Below, piece by piece: positions 14,401 through 27,576 of a stretch of DNA of 64,000 nt. The notes below the pieces were generated by a model. The model searched no databases, was not told the origin of the DNA, and saw nothing but the letters and a program-made list of their open reading frames with translations. Position 1 is the stretch's first letter. Every line of letters starts with the position of its first letter. Source of the DNA: Squalus acanthias. Lineage: Eukaryota. The translations under genes were made by a program, and so were the position numbers. The DNA lies in assembly GCA_030390025.1 (NCBI GenBank), contig CM059432.1, positions 47,494,001-47,558,000 of the forward strand, in the 5' to 3' direction.

Positions 14401-15150
14401 GATCATGGTTGATCTGTGACCTCACTGCATATACCTGCCTTTGCCCCATATCCCTTAATACCTTTTGGTTAACAAAAATCTATCAATCTCAGATTTAAAT
14501 TTTAGACCATGCCCCCTTGTCCTAGACTCCCCAACCAACAGAAATATTTTTTCTCTCTCTACCCTATCAGTTCCCCTTAATATCTTGAAAATTTTGATCA
14601 AATCACCCCTAAACCTTCTAAATTCCAGGGAATACAACCTTAGTTTGTGTTATCGCTCCTCGTAATTTAACCCTCCAGGTCCCGGTACCATTGTGGTAAA
14701 TCTACGCTCCAGTCCCTCCAAGGCCAATATGTCCTTCCTAAAGTGTGCCCAGAACTGCTCGCAGAACTCCAGCTGTGGTCAAACCAGGGCTTTGTATAGC
14801 TGTAGCACAACTTCTACCCCTTGTATTCTAGTCCTCTAGATATAAAGGCCAGCATTCCATTAGCATTTTTGATTATTTTCTGTACCTGTCCATGACATTT
14901 TAATGGTCTATGTACATAGACCCCTAAGTCTCCACTTGCCCCATTTCATTCACCAGAACTAGATTCAGCCCTGCTTCCTTCCTCGTTGGGCTCGAAACAC
15001 ACTGATCAAGAACATTGTCTTGTACACATTTCAGGAATTCTTCACCCTCTTTGCCCTTTACACTGATGCTGTTCGAGTCTATATTAGGATAACTGACGTC
15101 CCCCATTATCACTACTCTGTATGTCATGCATCATTCCGTAATTTGCCTGC
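11425..15150 (-). mobile_element. decayed CR1 LINE interrupted by a + strand LINE (12499-13390) and by the 3' end of another CR1 (~14342-14920)
   Basis: RT and APE fragments in order on the - strand ([34 protein letters not shown]); second CR1 tail at ~14343. Confidence 0.85.
12499..13390 (+). mobile_element. second non-LTR retrotransposon family, APE-containing 5' part
   Basis: APE motifs NIWGL, ILT(E/K)SYL, WVGDFN, SDH; near-identical to 15168-16086. Confidence 0.85.
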
Positions 15151-15152
15151 AT

Positions 15153-17226
15153 ACGAAAAACAATAATAAGAATAAAACCGGACGGACTACCCGGCATCGA
15201 CCTCGGCTAGGGAAACGACAACGTCACACCCAGCCCAGTCAACCCTGTAAAGTCCTCCTCACCAACATCTGGGGACTTGTGCCAAAATTGGGAGAGCTGT
15301 CCCACAGACTAGTCAAGCAACAGCCTGACATAGTCATACTCACAGAATCATACCTTTCAGCCAATGTCCCAAACTCCTCCATCACCATCCCTGGGTATGT
15401 CCTGTCCCACCGACAGGACAGACCCACCAGGGGTGGCGGCACAGTGGTATACAGTTGGGAAGGAGTGGCGCTGAGAGTCCTCAACATTGATTCCAGACCC
15501 CATGAAGTCTTATGGCTTCAGGTCAAGCATGGGCAAGGAAACCTCCTGCTGATTACCACCTGCCGCCCTCCCTCAGCTGATGAATCAGTACTCCGCCATG
15601 TTGAACACCACTTGGAAGAAGCACTGAGAGTAGCAAGGGCACAGAATGTACTCTGGGTGGGGACTTCAATGTCCATCACCAAGAGTGGCTCGGTAGCACC
15701 ACTATTGACCGAGCTGGCCGAGTCCTGAAGGACATAGCCGCCAGTCTGGGCCTGCTACATTTGGTCAGAGAACCAACACGAGGGAAAAACCTACTTGACC
15801 TCGTCCTCACCAATCTACCTGTTGCAGATGCATCTGTCCATGACAGCATTGGTAGCAGTGACCACCGCACAGTCATTGTGGAGACGAAGTCCCGTCTTCA
15901 CACTGAGGACACCCTCCATCATGTTGTGTGGCACTACCACCGTACTAAATGGGATAGATTCAGAACAGATCTAGCAGCTCCATACTGGGCATCCATGAGG
16001 TGCTGTGGGCCATCAGCAGCAGCAGAATTGTATTCCATCATAATCTGTAACCTCATGGCCCGGCATATCCCTCACTCTACCATTACCGTCAAGCCAGGGG
16101 AGCAACCCTGGTTCAATAAGGAGTGTAGAAGAGCATGCCAGGAGCAGCACCAGGCATAAATGAGGTGCGAACCTGGGGAAGCTGCAACACAGGACTACAT
16201 GCATGCTAAAAAGCAGAAGCAGCATGCTGTGGACGGGGCTAAGCGATCCCACAATCAACGGATCAGATCAAAGCTCTGCAGTCCTGCCACATCCAGTCGT
16301 GAATGGTGGTGGACCATTAAACAACTATCGGGGCGGGGAGACTCCATGAATATCCCCATCCTCAATGATGGTGGAGCACAGTACATGAGTGCAAAAGACA
16401 AGGCTGAAGCATTTGCAACCATCTTCAGCCAGAAGTGCTGAGTGGATGATCCGTATTGGCCTCCTCCTGAGGTCCCCACCATCACAGAAGCCAGTCTTCA
16501 GCCAATTCAATTCACTCCATTTGATATCAAGAAACGGCTGAGCGCACTGGATACAGCAAAGGCTATGAGCCCCGACAACATCCCGGCTGTCGTGCTGAAG
16601 ACTTGTGCTCCAGAACTAGCCGCACCTCTAGCCAAGCTGTTCCAGTACAGCTACAACACTGGCATCTATCCGACAATGTGGAAAACTGCCCAGGTATGTC
16701 CTGTCCACAAAAAGCAGGACAAATCCAATCCGGCCAATTACCGCCCCATCAGTCTACTCTCAATCATCAGCAAAGTGATGGAAGGTGTTGTCGACAGTGC
16801 TATCAAGCGGCACCCGCTTGATTGGCACCCCATCCACCACCGGTGTACCGTGGCTGCGGTGTGTACCATATACAAGATGCACTGCAGCAACTCACCAAGG
16901 CTTCTTCGACAGCACCTCGTAAACCCGTGATCTCTACCACCTAGAAGGACAAGGGCAGCAGGCTCATGGGAACACCACCACCTCCAACTTCCCCTCCAAG
17001 TCACACACCATCCTGACTTGGAAGTATATCGCCGATCCTTCATCGTCGCTGGGTCAAAATCCTGGAACTCCCTCCCTAACAGCACTTGGGCGTACCTTCA
17101 CCACATGGACTGCAGCGGTCAAGGAAGGCGGCTCACCACCACCTTCTCGAGGACAATTAGGGATGGGCAATAAATGCTGGCCTTGCCAGCGACGCCCACA
17201 TCCCATGAACGAATATAAAAAAAAAA
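15153..17226 (+). mobile_element. second non-LTR retrotransposon family (CR1/L2-group), RT core deleted, poly(A) tail
   Basis: APE, linker and RT N-terminus (NYRPISLLSIISKVME) jump at ~16813 to the ORF2 C-terminus; ends aataaatgctggcc...gaatat(A)n. Confidence 0.85.
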
Positions 17227-17843
17227 TTCAACCTATAGGTATTTCATTGAGGTAATGTCAAAAGAGTTACCATAAACTTCACCTGTAAAGTGACTAAGGT
17301 CTTACCGTAGATTTATCTTCTAAAGATACTCATTGGCATATTGGTCATCAAGGCAGGCTGGTTATGCCTTTCCCATTTTTTAGTAAACTGATGATGAAAT
17401 CCTCAAGTATGTAGGGAATAAAGGAGTTCAGAGAATGTAAATTAATGCCCTTTAGTATGGATGTTCTCATTCTTTCAGCTAGTTTATTTGTATATCTTGC
17501 TCCTGTCCTCTTTCTTCACTGTTTCTAGTTTGGAGTTTTTGTATGTTAATTTTTAGTAAATTTTTCACTTTTTATCAAACCATAACCTACACCATAGAAC
17601 AGACTCTTTTGAAAAGAACTGTGGGTGAATCTTAGAGATTTCAAGGATTTTTTTAATATCCCCAGTTGTAACATGGCCCTAATTAAAGGTCAACCTACAT
17701 TCAAAGAATAAAAGTAATCATAGGAAAAACAGTCATGCTTCAGGTGGGATTAGAGTTAATGGGCACAATATAGTAAATGGAGTAGTGGCGTGCTAAAGCA
17801 AAAATGTTTGTATTCATGCTACAAAATGTCAGCACTTGATGAA

Positions 17844-17991
17844 CAATGTTCCCTGTAATTTCTTGGGGGGCCCCGCGGTCCCTTTAACTGGTTGTACGGC
17901 CCATTCAAAATCCCATGCATGCACGGTTTTTCTATTTAAAAGCCGGCTGCGCAGGACCCCTGGAGTGCTGCACAGCTTAAAGGGAACATTG
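17844..17991. mobile_element. hAT-like MITE
   Basis: TIRs CAATGTTCCCT / AGGGAACATTG; imperfect 8-bp TSD ttgatgaa / ttgataag. Confidence 0.8.
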
Positions 17992-18115
17992 TTGATAAGT
18001 AGTGTATGGCTAAAAAATGGGCAACTGTTGCACTTAGGAATGGAAGGTATCAGTGGGTTCATCAACACATCTTTCCTGACCCATTCTACGCTTAGGCAGG
18101 TAGCTGAATCACTTG

Positions 18116-18815
18116 TGTCAGCCGTGGCTCAGTTGGTAACACTCTTGCCTCGGAGTCAGAAGGTTGTGGGTTCAAGTCCCACTCCAGAGATGTGAGCACA
18201 AAATCTAGGCTGGCACTCTAGTGCAGTACTGAGGGAGTGCTGCACTGTTGGATGAGATGTTAAACCGAGGCCCCATCAGGTGGATGTAAAAGACCCCATG
18301 GCACTAGAATCATAGAATCATAGAAATATATGGCACAGAAGGAGGCCATTCAGCCGATCTTTTCTGCACCGGTCGAAAAAGAGTTATCCAGCCTAATCCC
18401 ACTTTCCAGCTCTTGGTCCATAGCCTTGCAGGTTACGGCACTTCAGGTGCATATCCAAGTACTTTTTAAATGCGATGAGGGTTTCTGCCTCTACCAACCT
18501 TTCAGGCAGTGTGTTCCAGACCCCCACTGCCCTCTGGGTGAAAAAAATTCTCCTCAACTCCCCTTTAATCTGTTTTGAAGACAAGCAGGGGAGTTCTCCT
18601 CGGTGGCCTGGTCAATATTTATCCCTCAGCCAACATCACTTAAAAAAAAAAAAATTATCTGGTCATCATTATAATCCTGCTGTGTGTAAATTGGCTGCTG
18701 TGTTTCCTACATTACAACAGTGACTACACTTCAAAAGTACTTATTTGGCTATGAAGTGCTTTGGGATGTCTTGAGGTTGTGGAAAGGTGCTACATAAATG
18801 CAAGTCTGTCTTTTT
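18116..18815 (+). mobile_element. tRNA-derived DeuSINE (SacSINE1-like) with a CR1 3' fragment (-, ~18306-18571) inserted
   Basis: A box TGGCTCAGTTGG, B box GGTTCAAGTCC, Deu-type core (gtactgagggagtgctgcactg...ttaaaccgaggcccc), L2-like tail. Confidence 0.85.
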
Positions 18816-18963
18816 CATGTTTAACATTGTTTCTAAAGAGCAGCTAAGCTGTCTCTGTTGTTTCAATACCCCCATCAGAAATACTGAGTGCATTATTAAC
18901 TTTTCATACCCTGTACTTTAATATTACAGTAGATACTAGAATTTCAAAACATTTTTGTTTCAG

Positions 18964-18994
18964 GCTCTCCAATACTTTAACAAAGCTGAGGAAG
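18964..18994 (+). CDS. RMDN1: RMDN1 short coding exon, 31 nt
   Basis: tttcag|GCTCTC...GAAG|gtaaga; encodes ALQYFNKAEE, bridging phases 0 and 1 of the flanking exons. Confidence 0.92.
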
Positions 18995-18999
18995 GTAAG

Positions 19000-19143
19000 A
19001 GATTAATAAATGTATTCCATTCAATTACATGAAGTTGTATCTTGTCAAAATATTAAATACTGCACATTAGATTAATAAATGTATTTCAGTTAATTTACAA
19101 AATTACATGAAATTATATGTTGGAATATTAAATACTGTACATT
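19000..19143. repeat. imperfect ~70-bp tandem duplication next to the 31-nt exon donor
   Basis: agattaataaatgtatt...aattacatgaa...aatattaaatactg.acatt occurs twice. Confidence 0.8.
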
Positions 19144-20234
19144 ATTTCATAGGAATTATACTCATTACTTTTTCAGTACGTACATGCTGGGATTTATGTT
19201 TTAGGCCAAGTAAAAGTATGTTAAGAATGAGTAGAACTAGACAAGGGAGGCTTTATATTTTCATGTTCTTTTCCACACATCAATAGATTTTTGCATAGTA
19301 CGATGTATATAGCATTTGAGTCTCTTTAGGAATTTAGTTGCGGAATATAATTTGACAAACTAAATATCCTCAATCAACAATGTTCAGAAAAAATGTGAGA
19401 ATTGCTTCAAGTATTGGCCTTACAAATCTCATTAAAAACCTCATTAAAAACAACACAAGACTAAAGATAGAGTCAAATCTTCCCGTTGGTGCAGTTATTA
19501 TTGTTCCTGCTAGACAAAAAATATGCACTTGACTATTTGTTTAGCGAATCATTATTTAGTGATTAGGTTTTATCAGAATGAGAAACAATTCCTTGTACCG
19601 TAGCTGAAAGTGAGTCACATTTCTGCATCACTTTTTGTAGTTCCAAGTGACTGTTACAATGAACAGATGTAAATGTTGCATTACTTACAGTGAAGCAAGT
19701 TTCCAAACTAATTTTCCAGTAAATGCACAATTTATTCAACACAATGTTTATTGCAGTACTATTTGGTACGGATCATTATGCAAATTGTCTGTCTTAAATA
19801 GTTGGAAAGGATGAGTACTTTTTAAGTATGACTCAAATGACTAGCATTGGCAGAATCTTTCACATTATCTTGTATAAAGCCTTCTGGCCATTTGTGAGTG
19901 ACCCTGGACAGTGAATGTTGGCAGGCAGTCAGGGGCAGCTGAGCCTGATCTTGTCCACAAGTGGAATTTCCAGCAGGTGGTCACTGGGTGGAGATCAGGA
20001 GCAAGAACCCTGATTGTTTTTTAAAATTTTATTTCCTTCCCCCAAACCAAGACACTCGGGGATAAATTGCTCCCACCTCCCTCATTAAGATCACTTAACT
20101 AAACGTGGAACATTCTTGATTTTATAACTTTCTCATATATGGTTTGCTTGTGCAGTGAAGCATATGAGCAAAGAGCCACAAATCCCTCTTTGATGTGTAG
20201 CACATGGAAGTTTAGTGTGTCTTTTATTTTGCAG

Positions 20235-20368
20235 CTGATCCAAATTTCTACAGTAAAAACTTACTAATGATGGGTAAATCTTTCATGAAATTAAAAAATC
20301 AGAAGATGGCCCTATTGTGGCTGACCAAAGCAAGAGACTACCCAGCACGTAATGAAGAAGACAAGCAG
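20235..20368 (+). CDS. RMDN1: RMDN1 coding exon, 134 nt
   Basis: ttgcag|...AAGCAG|gtacaa; encodes DPNFYSKNLLMMGKSFMKLKNQKMALLWLTKARDYPARNEEDKQ. Confidence 0.95.
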
Positions 20369-20541
20369 GTACAATTGTCCTGTTTCATTCAAGCAACTTC
20401 ATGTTTGCTGTAGTATAAATTTTACTTCATTTCCTGATAGTTTTAAAACATTATGCTTTATATTTCTTGACTAATCTTGATTTTTTTTGTTTTTGTTAGT
20501 GACAATAGGCAGTATTAATTCAGCTACAGTAAGCACCTGCC

Positions 20542-22990
20542 TATAGAATCATAGAACGGTTACAGCGCGGAAGAAGGCCTTTCGGCCCGTCGAGCCTGTG
20601 CCGGCTCTCTGCAAGAGCACCTCAGCTAGTCCCACTCGCCTGCCCTTTCCCCGTAGCCTTGCAAGGTTTTTTCTTTCAAGTACTTATCCAACTCCCTTTT
20701 GAAAGCCTCCACCACCCTTTCAGGCAGTGCATTCCAGATCCTAACCACTCGCTGCGTAAAAAAGTTTTTTCTTATGTCGCCTTTGGTTCTTTTGCCAATC
20801 ACAGTAAATCTGTGTCCTCTGGTTCTCGACCCCTCTGCCAATGGGAACAGTTTCTCTATCTACTCTGTCCAGACCCCTCATGATTTTGAACACCTCTATC
20901 AAATCTCCTCTCAATCTTCTCTGCTCTAAGGAGAACACCCCCAATTTCGTATCCATGCAGCCACTGTCCCTTTATTCCATGGGCTTGTCACTTTGTCGAA
21001 CGCCTTTTGGAAATCCATGTACACCACGTCAACCGAATTGCCCTCATCAACCCTCTCTGTTACCTCATCAAAAAACTCAATCAAGTTGGTTAAACACGAT
21101 TTTCCTTTAACAAATCCATGCTGGCTTTCCTTAATTAATCCACACTTGTCCAAGTGACTTTTAATTTTGCCCCTGATTATTGTTTCTAAAAGCCTATGGA
21201 AGACTTTTGGATTACCCTTTATGTTAGCTGCCATTCTATTCTCATCCCCTCTCTTTGCTCCTCTTTTTTCACTTCTCCTCTGAACTTTCTATATTTAGCC
21301 TGATTCTCAGATGTATTCTTGACCTGACATATGTCATACGCACTCTTTATCTGCTTCATCTTACTCTCTATCTCTTTCGTCATCCAGGGAGTTCTGACTT
21401 TAGTTGCCCTACCTTTTCCCCTCGTGGGAATGTACCTTGACTGTAGCCAAACTATTTACTCTTTAAAGGCAGCCCATTGTTCCACTAAAGTTTTGCCTGC
21501 CAATTTTTGATTCCAATTTACCCAGCCAGATCCGTTCTCATCCCACTGAAATTGGCCTTCCTCCAATTAAGTATTTTTACTCTAGATTGCTCCCTGTCCT
21601 TTTCCATAGCTAATCTAAACCTTATGATACTATGATCACTGTTCCCTAAATGTTCACCTACTGACACTTGCTCCACTTGACCCACCTCATTCCCCAGAAC
21701 CAGATCCAGTAATGCCTCCTTCCTCATTGGGCCGGAAATGTACTGATCAAGAAAGTTCTCCTGAACACACTTCAGAAATTCTTCCCTCTCCCTGGCCTTT
21801 ACACTACTACTATCCCAGTCTTTATTTGGATAGTTGAAGTCCCCCATTATCACTACTCTATAGTTCTTGCATCTCTCTGTAATTTCTCTGTAAATCTGCT
21901 CCTCCATATTTTTCCCACTAGTTGGTGGCCTATAGAATACACCTAGTAGTGTAATGGCACCTCTATTATTTCTTAACTCTAGCCATATAGATTCTGTCCT
22001 TGACCCCTCCAGGACATCCTCTCTCTCCAGCACTGTAACATTCTCCTTAACCAATACTGCCACCCCATCTCCTATCTTTCCTGAACACCCTATATCCAGG
22101 AATATTTAAAACCCAAACCTGCCCTTTTTTGAGCCAGGTCTCCGTCAATGCCACGACATCATATTCCCATGTGGCTATTTGCGCCTGCAGCTCACCAACC
22201 TTGTTTACTATGCTTCGTGCGTTCACATACATACACTGTAAACCTATCTTAGACCAGCCTGTGTTCTCTCTTAGTCTGACCCCGCCTAATACCTTACTAT
22301 TTCTTACTCTAGTGCTATCCGTCTCTCCCAATCCTTTGTGCCCATTGTTTCTCCTTTCTAATGCTACATCCTGGTGCTCATCCCCCTGCCAACTTAGTTT
22401 AAACCCTCCCCAACAGTGCTAGCAAACCTCCCCGCGAGGATATTCTTACCGGCACTGTTGAGGTGCAACCCGTCCGGCCTGTACAGGTCCTACGTCCCCC
22501 AGAACCGGCCCCAATGCCCCAAGAATCTGAAGCCCTCCATCCTGCACCATCTCTCCAGCCACTCATTCATCTGTTCTATCCTCCTATTCCTGTACTCACT
22601 CGCACGTGGCACCGGGAGTAATCCGAAGATTACTACCTTTTGAGATCCCACTTTTTAATCTCTTTCCTAGCTCCCTAAAATCTGCCTGCAGGACCTCATC
22701 CCTCTTTCTACCTATGTCGTTGATACCGATATGGACCATGACCTCTGGCTGTTCACCCTCCCCCCTCAGAATGTTCTGCAGCCGCTCAGTGACATCCTTA
22801 ATCCTGGCACCAGGGAGGCAACATACCGCCCTGGAATCATGTCTGCGGCCGCAGAAACACCTGTCTGCTCCCTAACTATCGAATCCCCATACCACTATTG
22901 CTTTCCCTATCTTCCTCCTCCCCGCCCCCCCCGTACAGCTGAGCCACCCGTGGTGCCGTGGACTTGGCTCTGGCTGTACCCCCCAGAGAA
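20542..22990 (-). mobile_element. CR1 LINE with multiple internal deletions; retains ORF1 esterase region, ORF1/ORF2 junction, APE and 3' tail
   Basis: ORF1 ends ...TVGEGLN* at 22394; APE motifs VNARS, LTETW, YRPP, MGDFN, SDH; TGATTCTA-type tail at ~20545. Confidence 0.9.
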
Positions 22991-23082
22991 ACCATTAACT
23001 AACTTTACAGTTACTTAAGACTAAGATGTATCTAATTCAAGTTATTAATATAATATAATAAGTTACTAATTTAATATAGCAG

Positions 23083-25172
23083 TTTTCCCCAGTCTATACA
23101 GTCTTTCCTCATAGCTAAAATTCCCCAGCCCAGGCAACATCCTCGTAAATCTCCTCTGTACCCTCTCTAGTGCAATCACATCCTTCCTGTAATGTGGTGA
23201 CCAGAACTGCACGCAGTATTCTAGCTGCGGCCTAACTAGTGTTTTATACAGTTCAAGCATAACCTCCCTGCCCTTATATTCTATGCTTCGGCTAATAAAG
23301 GCAAGTATCCCGTATGCCTTCTTAACCACCTTATCTACCTGTCCTGCTACCTTCATGGATCTGTGGACATGCACTCCAAGGTCCCTCTGATCCTCTGCAC
23401 TTCAGTGTCCTACCATTTACTGTGTATTCCCTTGTCTTGTTAGCCCTTCCCAGATGCATTACCTCACACTTCTCCAGTCCATTGATATCTTCCTGCAGTC
23501 TACAGCTTTCTTCTTCATTATCAACCACACGGCCAAATTTTGCATCATCTGCAAACTTCTTAATCATACTTCCTACATTAAAGTCTAAATCATTGATATA
23601 TGTGGTCTAACCAGAGTTTTGTATAGCTGCAGCATAATTTCTACCCCCTTGTATTCTAGTCCTCAAGATATAAAGGCCAGCATTCCATTAGTCTTTTTGA
23701 TTATTTTCTGTACCTGTTCATGAGATTTTAATGATCTATGTACCTGGACCCCCAAGTCTCTTTGGACCTCCACTGTTTTTAGCTTTTCACCATTTAGAAA
23801 GTACTCTGTTCTATCCTTTTTAGGTCCAAAGTGGATGACCTCATATTTGCCTGCATTGAAATCCATTTGCCACAGTTTTGCCCATTCACTTAATCTGTTT
23901 TATCCCTTTGTAATTTTATGCTTTCATCGACACTGCCTACAATTCCACCTATCTTTGTGTCATCGTCAAATTTGGATATATGACTTTCTATGCCATCATC
24001 TAAGTTGTTAATAAATACTGTGAATAGTTGAGGCCCCAACACAGATTCCTGCGGGACACCACTAGTCACCTCCTGCCAGTTTGAGTACCTACCCATTATC
24101 CCTACTGCCTATCTCCTGCTGCTCAGACAATTTCCTAACCAGGTCAATAATTTGCCCTCAATTCCATGGGCTTCTACCTTAGTTAACAGTCTCTTATGTG
24201 GGACTTTATCAAATACCTTCTGGAAGTCCATATAAACATCAATAGACATTCCCCTGTTCACTACTTTAGTCACCTCTTCAAAAAATTCAATCAGGTTTGA
24301 CAGGCATGACCTCCCTTTCACAAAACCAGGCTGGCTCTTTCTGAGCAACTGAAAATTTCAAGGTGTTCAGTCACCCTATCCTTAATTATAGACTCTAGCA
24401 ATTTCCCGACAACAGATGTTAGGCTAACTGGTCTATAATTCCCTGGTTTTTCCCGTCACCATTTTTAAATAGCAGAGTGACATGTGCAATTTTCCAATCT
24501 AAAGGAACGGTTCCTGAAGTGAGAGAACTTTAGAAAATTATAGTTAGGGCATCAGCAATGTACTCACCTACTTCCTTTAAAACCGTGGGATGGAAACCAT
24601 TTGGTCCTGGGGATTTGTCACTCTTTAGTGCCATTATTTTCTTCATTACTGTTATTTTACTTACATTAATTTTATTGAGTCCCTGACTTAGTTTCCTTGG
24701 GATTTCTGGTATGCTTTCCTATTCCTCTACTGTAAATACTGACGCAAAGTAATTATTCGACATGTCCGCCATTTCCTTATTAACCCCTTTCAGTTTTTAA
24801 GGGGCCAACATTGCTGCTGCCTCCCCTCTTTTTTTATAATATAATTGTTAAAAGCCTTTTGTTTTGATTTTGATATCCCTTGCAAGTTTCTTTTCATACG
24901 CCCTTTTTATAGCTCTATCTGTTTTGTGATCTTTTGCTGTTCTTTGTATCTTTCCGATTCGCCAGGATCTGTGCTATTTTTTTCCATTTTTGTATCTTTT
25001 TCTTTGTTATATGCTGTCCTTAACCTCTTTAGTCATCCATGGCTGTTTCTTTTGGCAAGTAGAGCTCTTGCCCCTCGGGTATAAACTGGTTCTGTATCAC
25101 ATTAAATTCTTTTTTCGACATCGCGTCGTTTTACCCATTAACAGATTTGCTCGGTTTACTGTAGACAGTCTC
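23083..25172 (-). mobile_element. two abutting decayed CR1 RT fragments (junction ~23602)
   Basis: RT motifs KFADD/KFDDD, VPQESVLGP, DFQKVFD, LEYCVQFWSPH. Confidence 0.85.
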
Positions 25173-25949
25173 TGTGTTGCACTGTATTTACCAAGATTTC
25201 TATGTAAACATGAATAGCTGACCCTCTGAATTTCAGAATCCAGCATCACAGTTGCATCTACTTCCTTATTTAGCAACTATGTTCAATGAAAAAATTGAAG
25301 CAAGCCCCATGTTTTCTTTCTCGATACCTCATCGCCCAGAAATTTGTGATGTTGGCAATCTTGAGGTTGTAGCTTGCCTGTAGAGGGAAAACACTAGTGC
25401 CAGCAGTAGAGAGGGTTAAACCCTGCCACTAATTGTACTGGGACCTGGAAAATGGTGCTGGGAGTTAAGCCTAGCAATCAACAGTATGGTGGGGAAAATT
25501 GGTAAGAAATGTGCAAAAATGGCAGCATCTACATCCAAATAATCTACTGCATGGATAAAAATGATAACTAAATATCTATGCATCCACCTAAACAAGCAGA
25601 ACATTTCAATGTACTTTTGGAACAGAATAGAAACATAGAAGATAGGAGTAGGCATGGCTGCTTCAAGCAGGCCTGGCCGCAGGCTTTCCTAACTCGCCCA
25701 TTTTATATGGGTGCAGGGGGCACCAGTGGAAGAGCTCATCAAACAATGTAAATTTTACCATGTGACCTGATTAACATAACCCTTCACAAGGAGACTGATG
25801 CTGGCTCAGAACAGCCTGTCACTTTTTTTCTGCCATAAATTTCAGCACACAGCAACCTGTGCACACACTTGTGACTGAATTCCCGACCTGTGCTCGCCCA
25901 TGGCGAAGCCCCATGCTACCAATGGAGCTTTTGCAAGTTCAGGGCTTGT

Positions 25950-27576
25950 AATTTCCCAATCTCTCACCATTTAAAAAATACTCTGCTTTTCTATTTTTCC
26001 TACCAAAGTGGATAACTTCACATTTCTCCAAACTATATTCCATTTGCCATGTTCTTGCCCACTCACATAGTTTGTCTATATCCCTTTGAAGCCTCTTTGC
26101 ATCCTCCTCACAACTTAACATTCCCACCCAGCTTTGTATCATCAGCAAACTTGGATTTATTACATTTGGTCCCCTCATCCAAATCATTGATATAGATTGT
26201 GAATAGCTGAGACCCAAGCACTGACCCCACTAGTTACAGCCTGCCAACCTGAAAATGACCCGTTTATTCCTACTCTCAGTTTTCTATCCATTAACCAATC
26301 CTCAATCCATGCTCGTATATTACCCCCAATCCCATGAGCCCTAATTTTGTTTAATAACCTCTTGTGTGGCACCTTATCAAATGCCTTCTGAAAATCCAAA
26401 TACACCACATCCACTGGTTCCCCCTTATCTATTCTGCTAGTTACAAACTCAAAAAACTCCAATAGATTTGTCAAACACAATTTCCATTTCATAAATCAGT
26501 GTTGACTCTACCCAATCCTATTTTTCAAGTGCCCTGTTACCATGTCCTTAGTAATAGATTCTAGCATTTTCCCTACTACTGATGTCAGGCCAACTGGTCT
26601 GTAGTTCCCCATTTTCTCTCCCTCCTTTCTTAAATAGTGGGGTTACATTTGCCACCTTCCAATCTGCAGGAACCGTTCTAGAATCTGTGGAATTTTGGGA
26701 AATGACAACCAATGCATCCACTATCTCTATAGCCACCACTTTCAAAATCCTAGGATGTAGGCGATCAGGTCCAGGGGATTTATCGGCTTTCAGTCCTATT
26801 AATTTCTCCAGTAATTTTTTTTTTACTAATTTCTTTCAGTTCCTCATTCTCGCTAGACCCTTAGTTCTCCACTATTTCCGGGACGCTTATTGCGTCCTCT
26901 TCCGTGAAGACAGACACAAAGTATTTGTTTAATTTCTCTGCCACTTCCTATTCCCCATCATAACTTCTCCTGCCTCAGCCTGTAAATCTTTTTACATACC
27001 TATAGAAGCTTTTAATCTGTTTTTTTGTCTCTTGCTAGTTTACTCTCATTCTATTTTCCCCTTTCTTTATCAATGTCTTGGTCCTCCTTTGCTGAATTCT
27101 AAAATCCTCAGGCTTACTATTTTTGGCAACGTTGTAAGCCTCTTCCTTTGATCTAATACTATCTTTAACTTGTCTTGTTAGCCACGGTTGGACCACTTTT
27201 CCTGTGGGGTTTTTGTGCCTTAAAGGAATGTATATTTGTAGTAAATTATGTATTAATTCTTTAAATGCTAGCCATTGCTTGTCTACCATCATACCTTTTA
27301 ATGTAGTTTCCCAATCTACCTTGGCCAACTCGCCCCTCATACCTACGTAGTTTGCTTTTAGATTTAAGACCCTAGTTTCGGATTTAACTAAATCACTTTC
27401 AAACTCAATATAAAATTCTACATATTATGGTCACTCTTCCCTAAAGGCCCCTTTACTACAAGGTTATTAATTAACCCTTTCTTGTTGCACAATATTGGAT
27501 CTAAAATAGCCTGTTCCTCAACATACTGATCTGGAAAACTATTTTGCATACATTCCATGAATTCGTCCTCCACACT
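25950..27576 (-). mobile_element. decayed CR1 LINE, same subfamily as 1038-2611
   Basis: Long near-identity with 1740-2610; RT motifs and linker. Confidence 0.9.

Noticed and set aside
18116..18195. tRNA-like sequence with A and B boxes
   Set aside because: Continues into a Deu core and LINE-like tail; it is a SINE head, not a tRNA gene.
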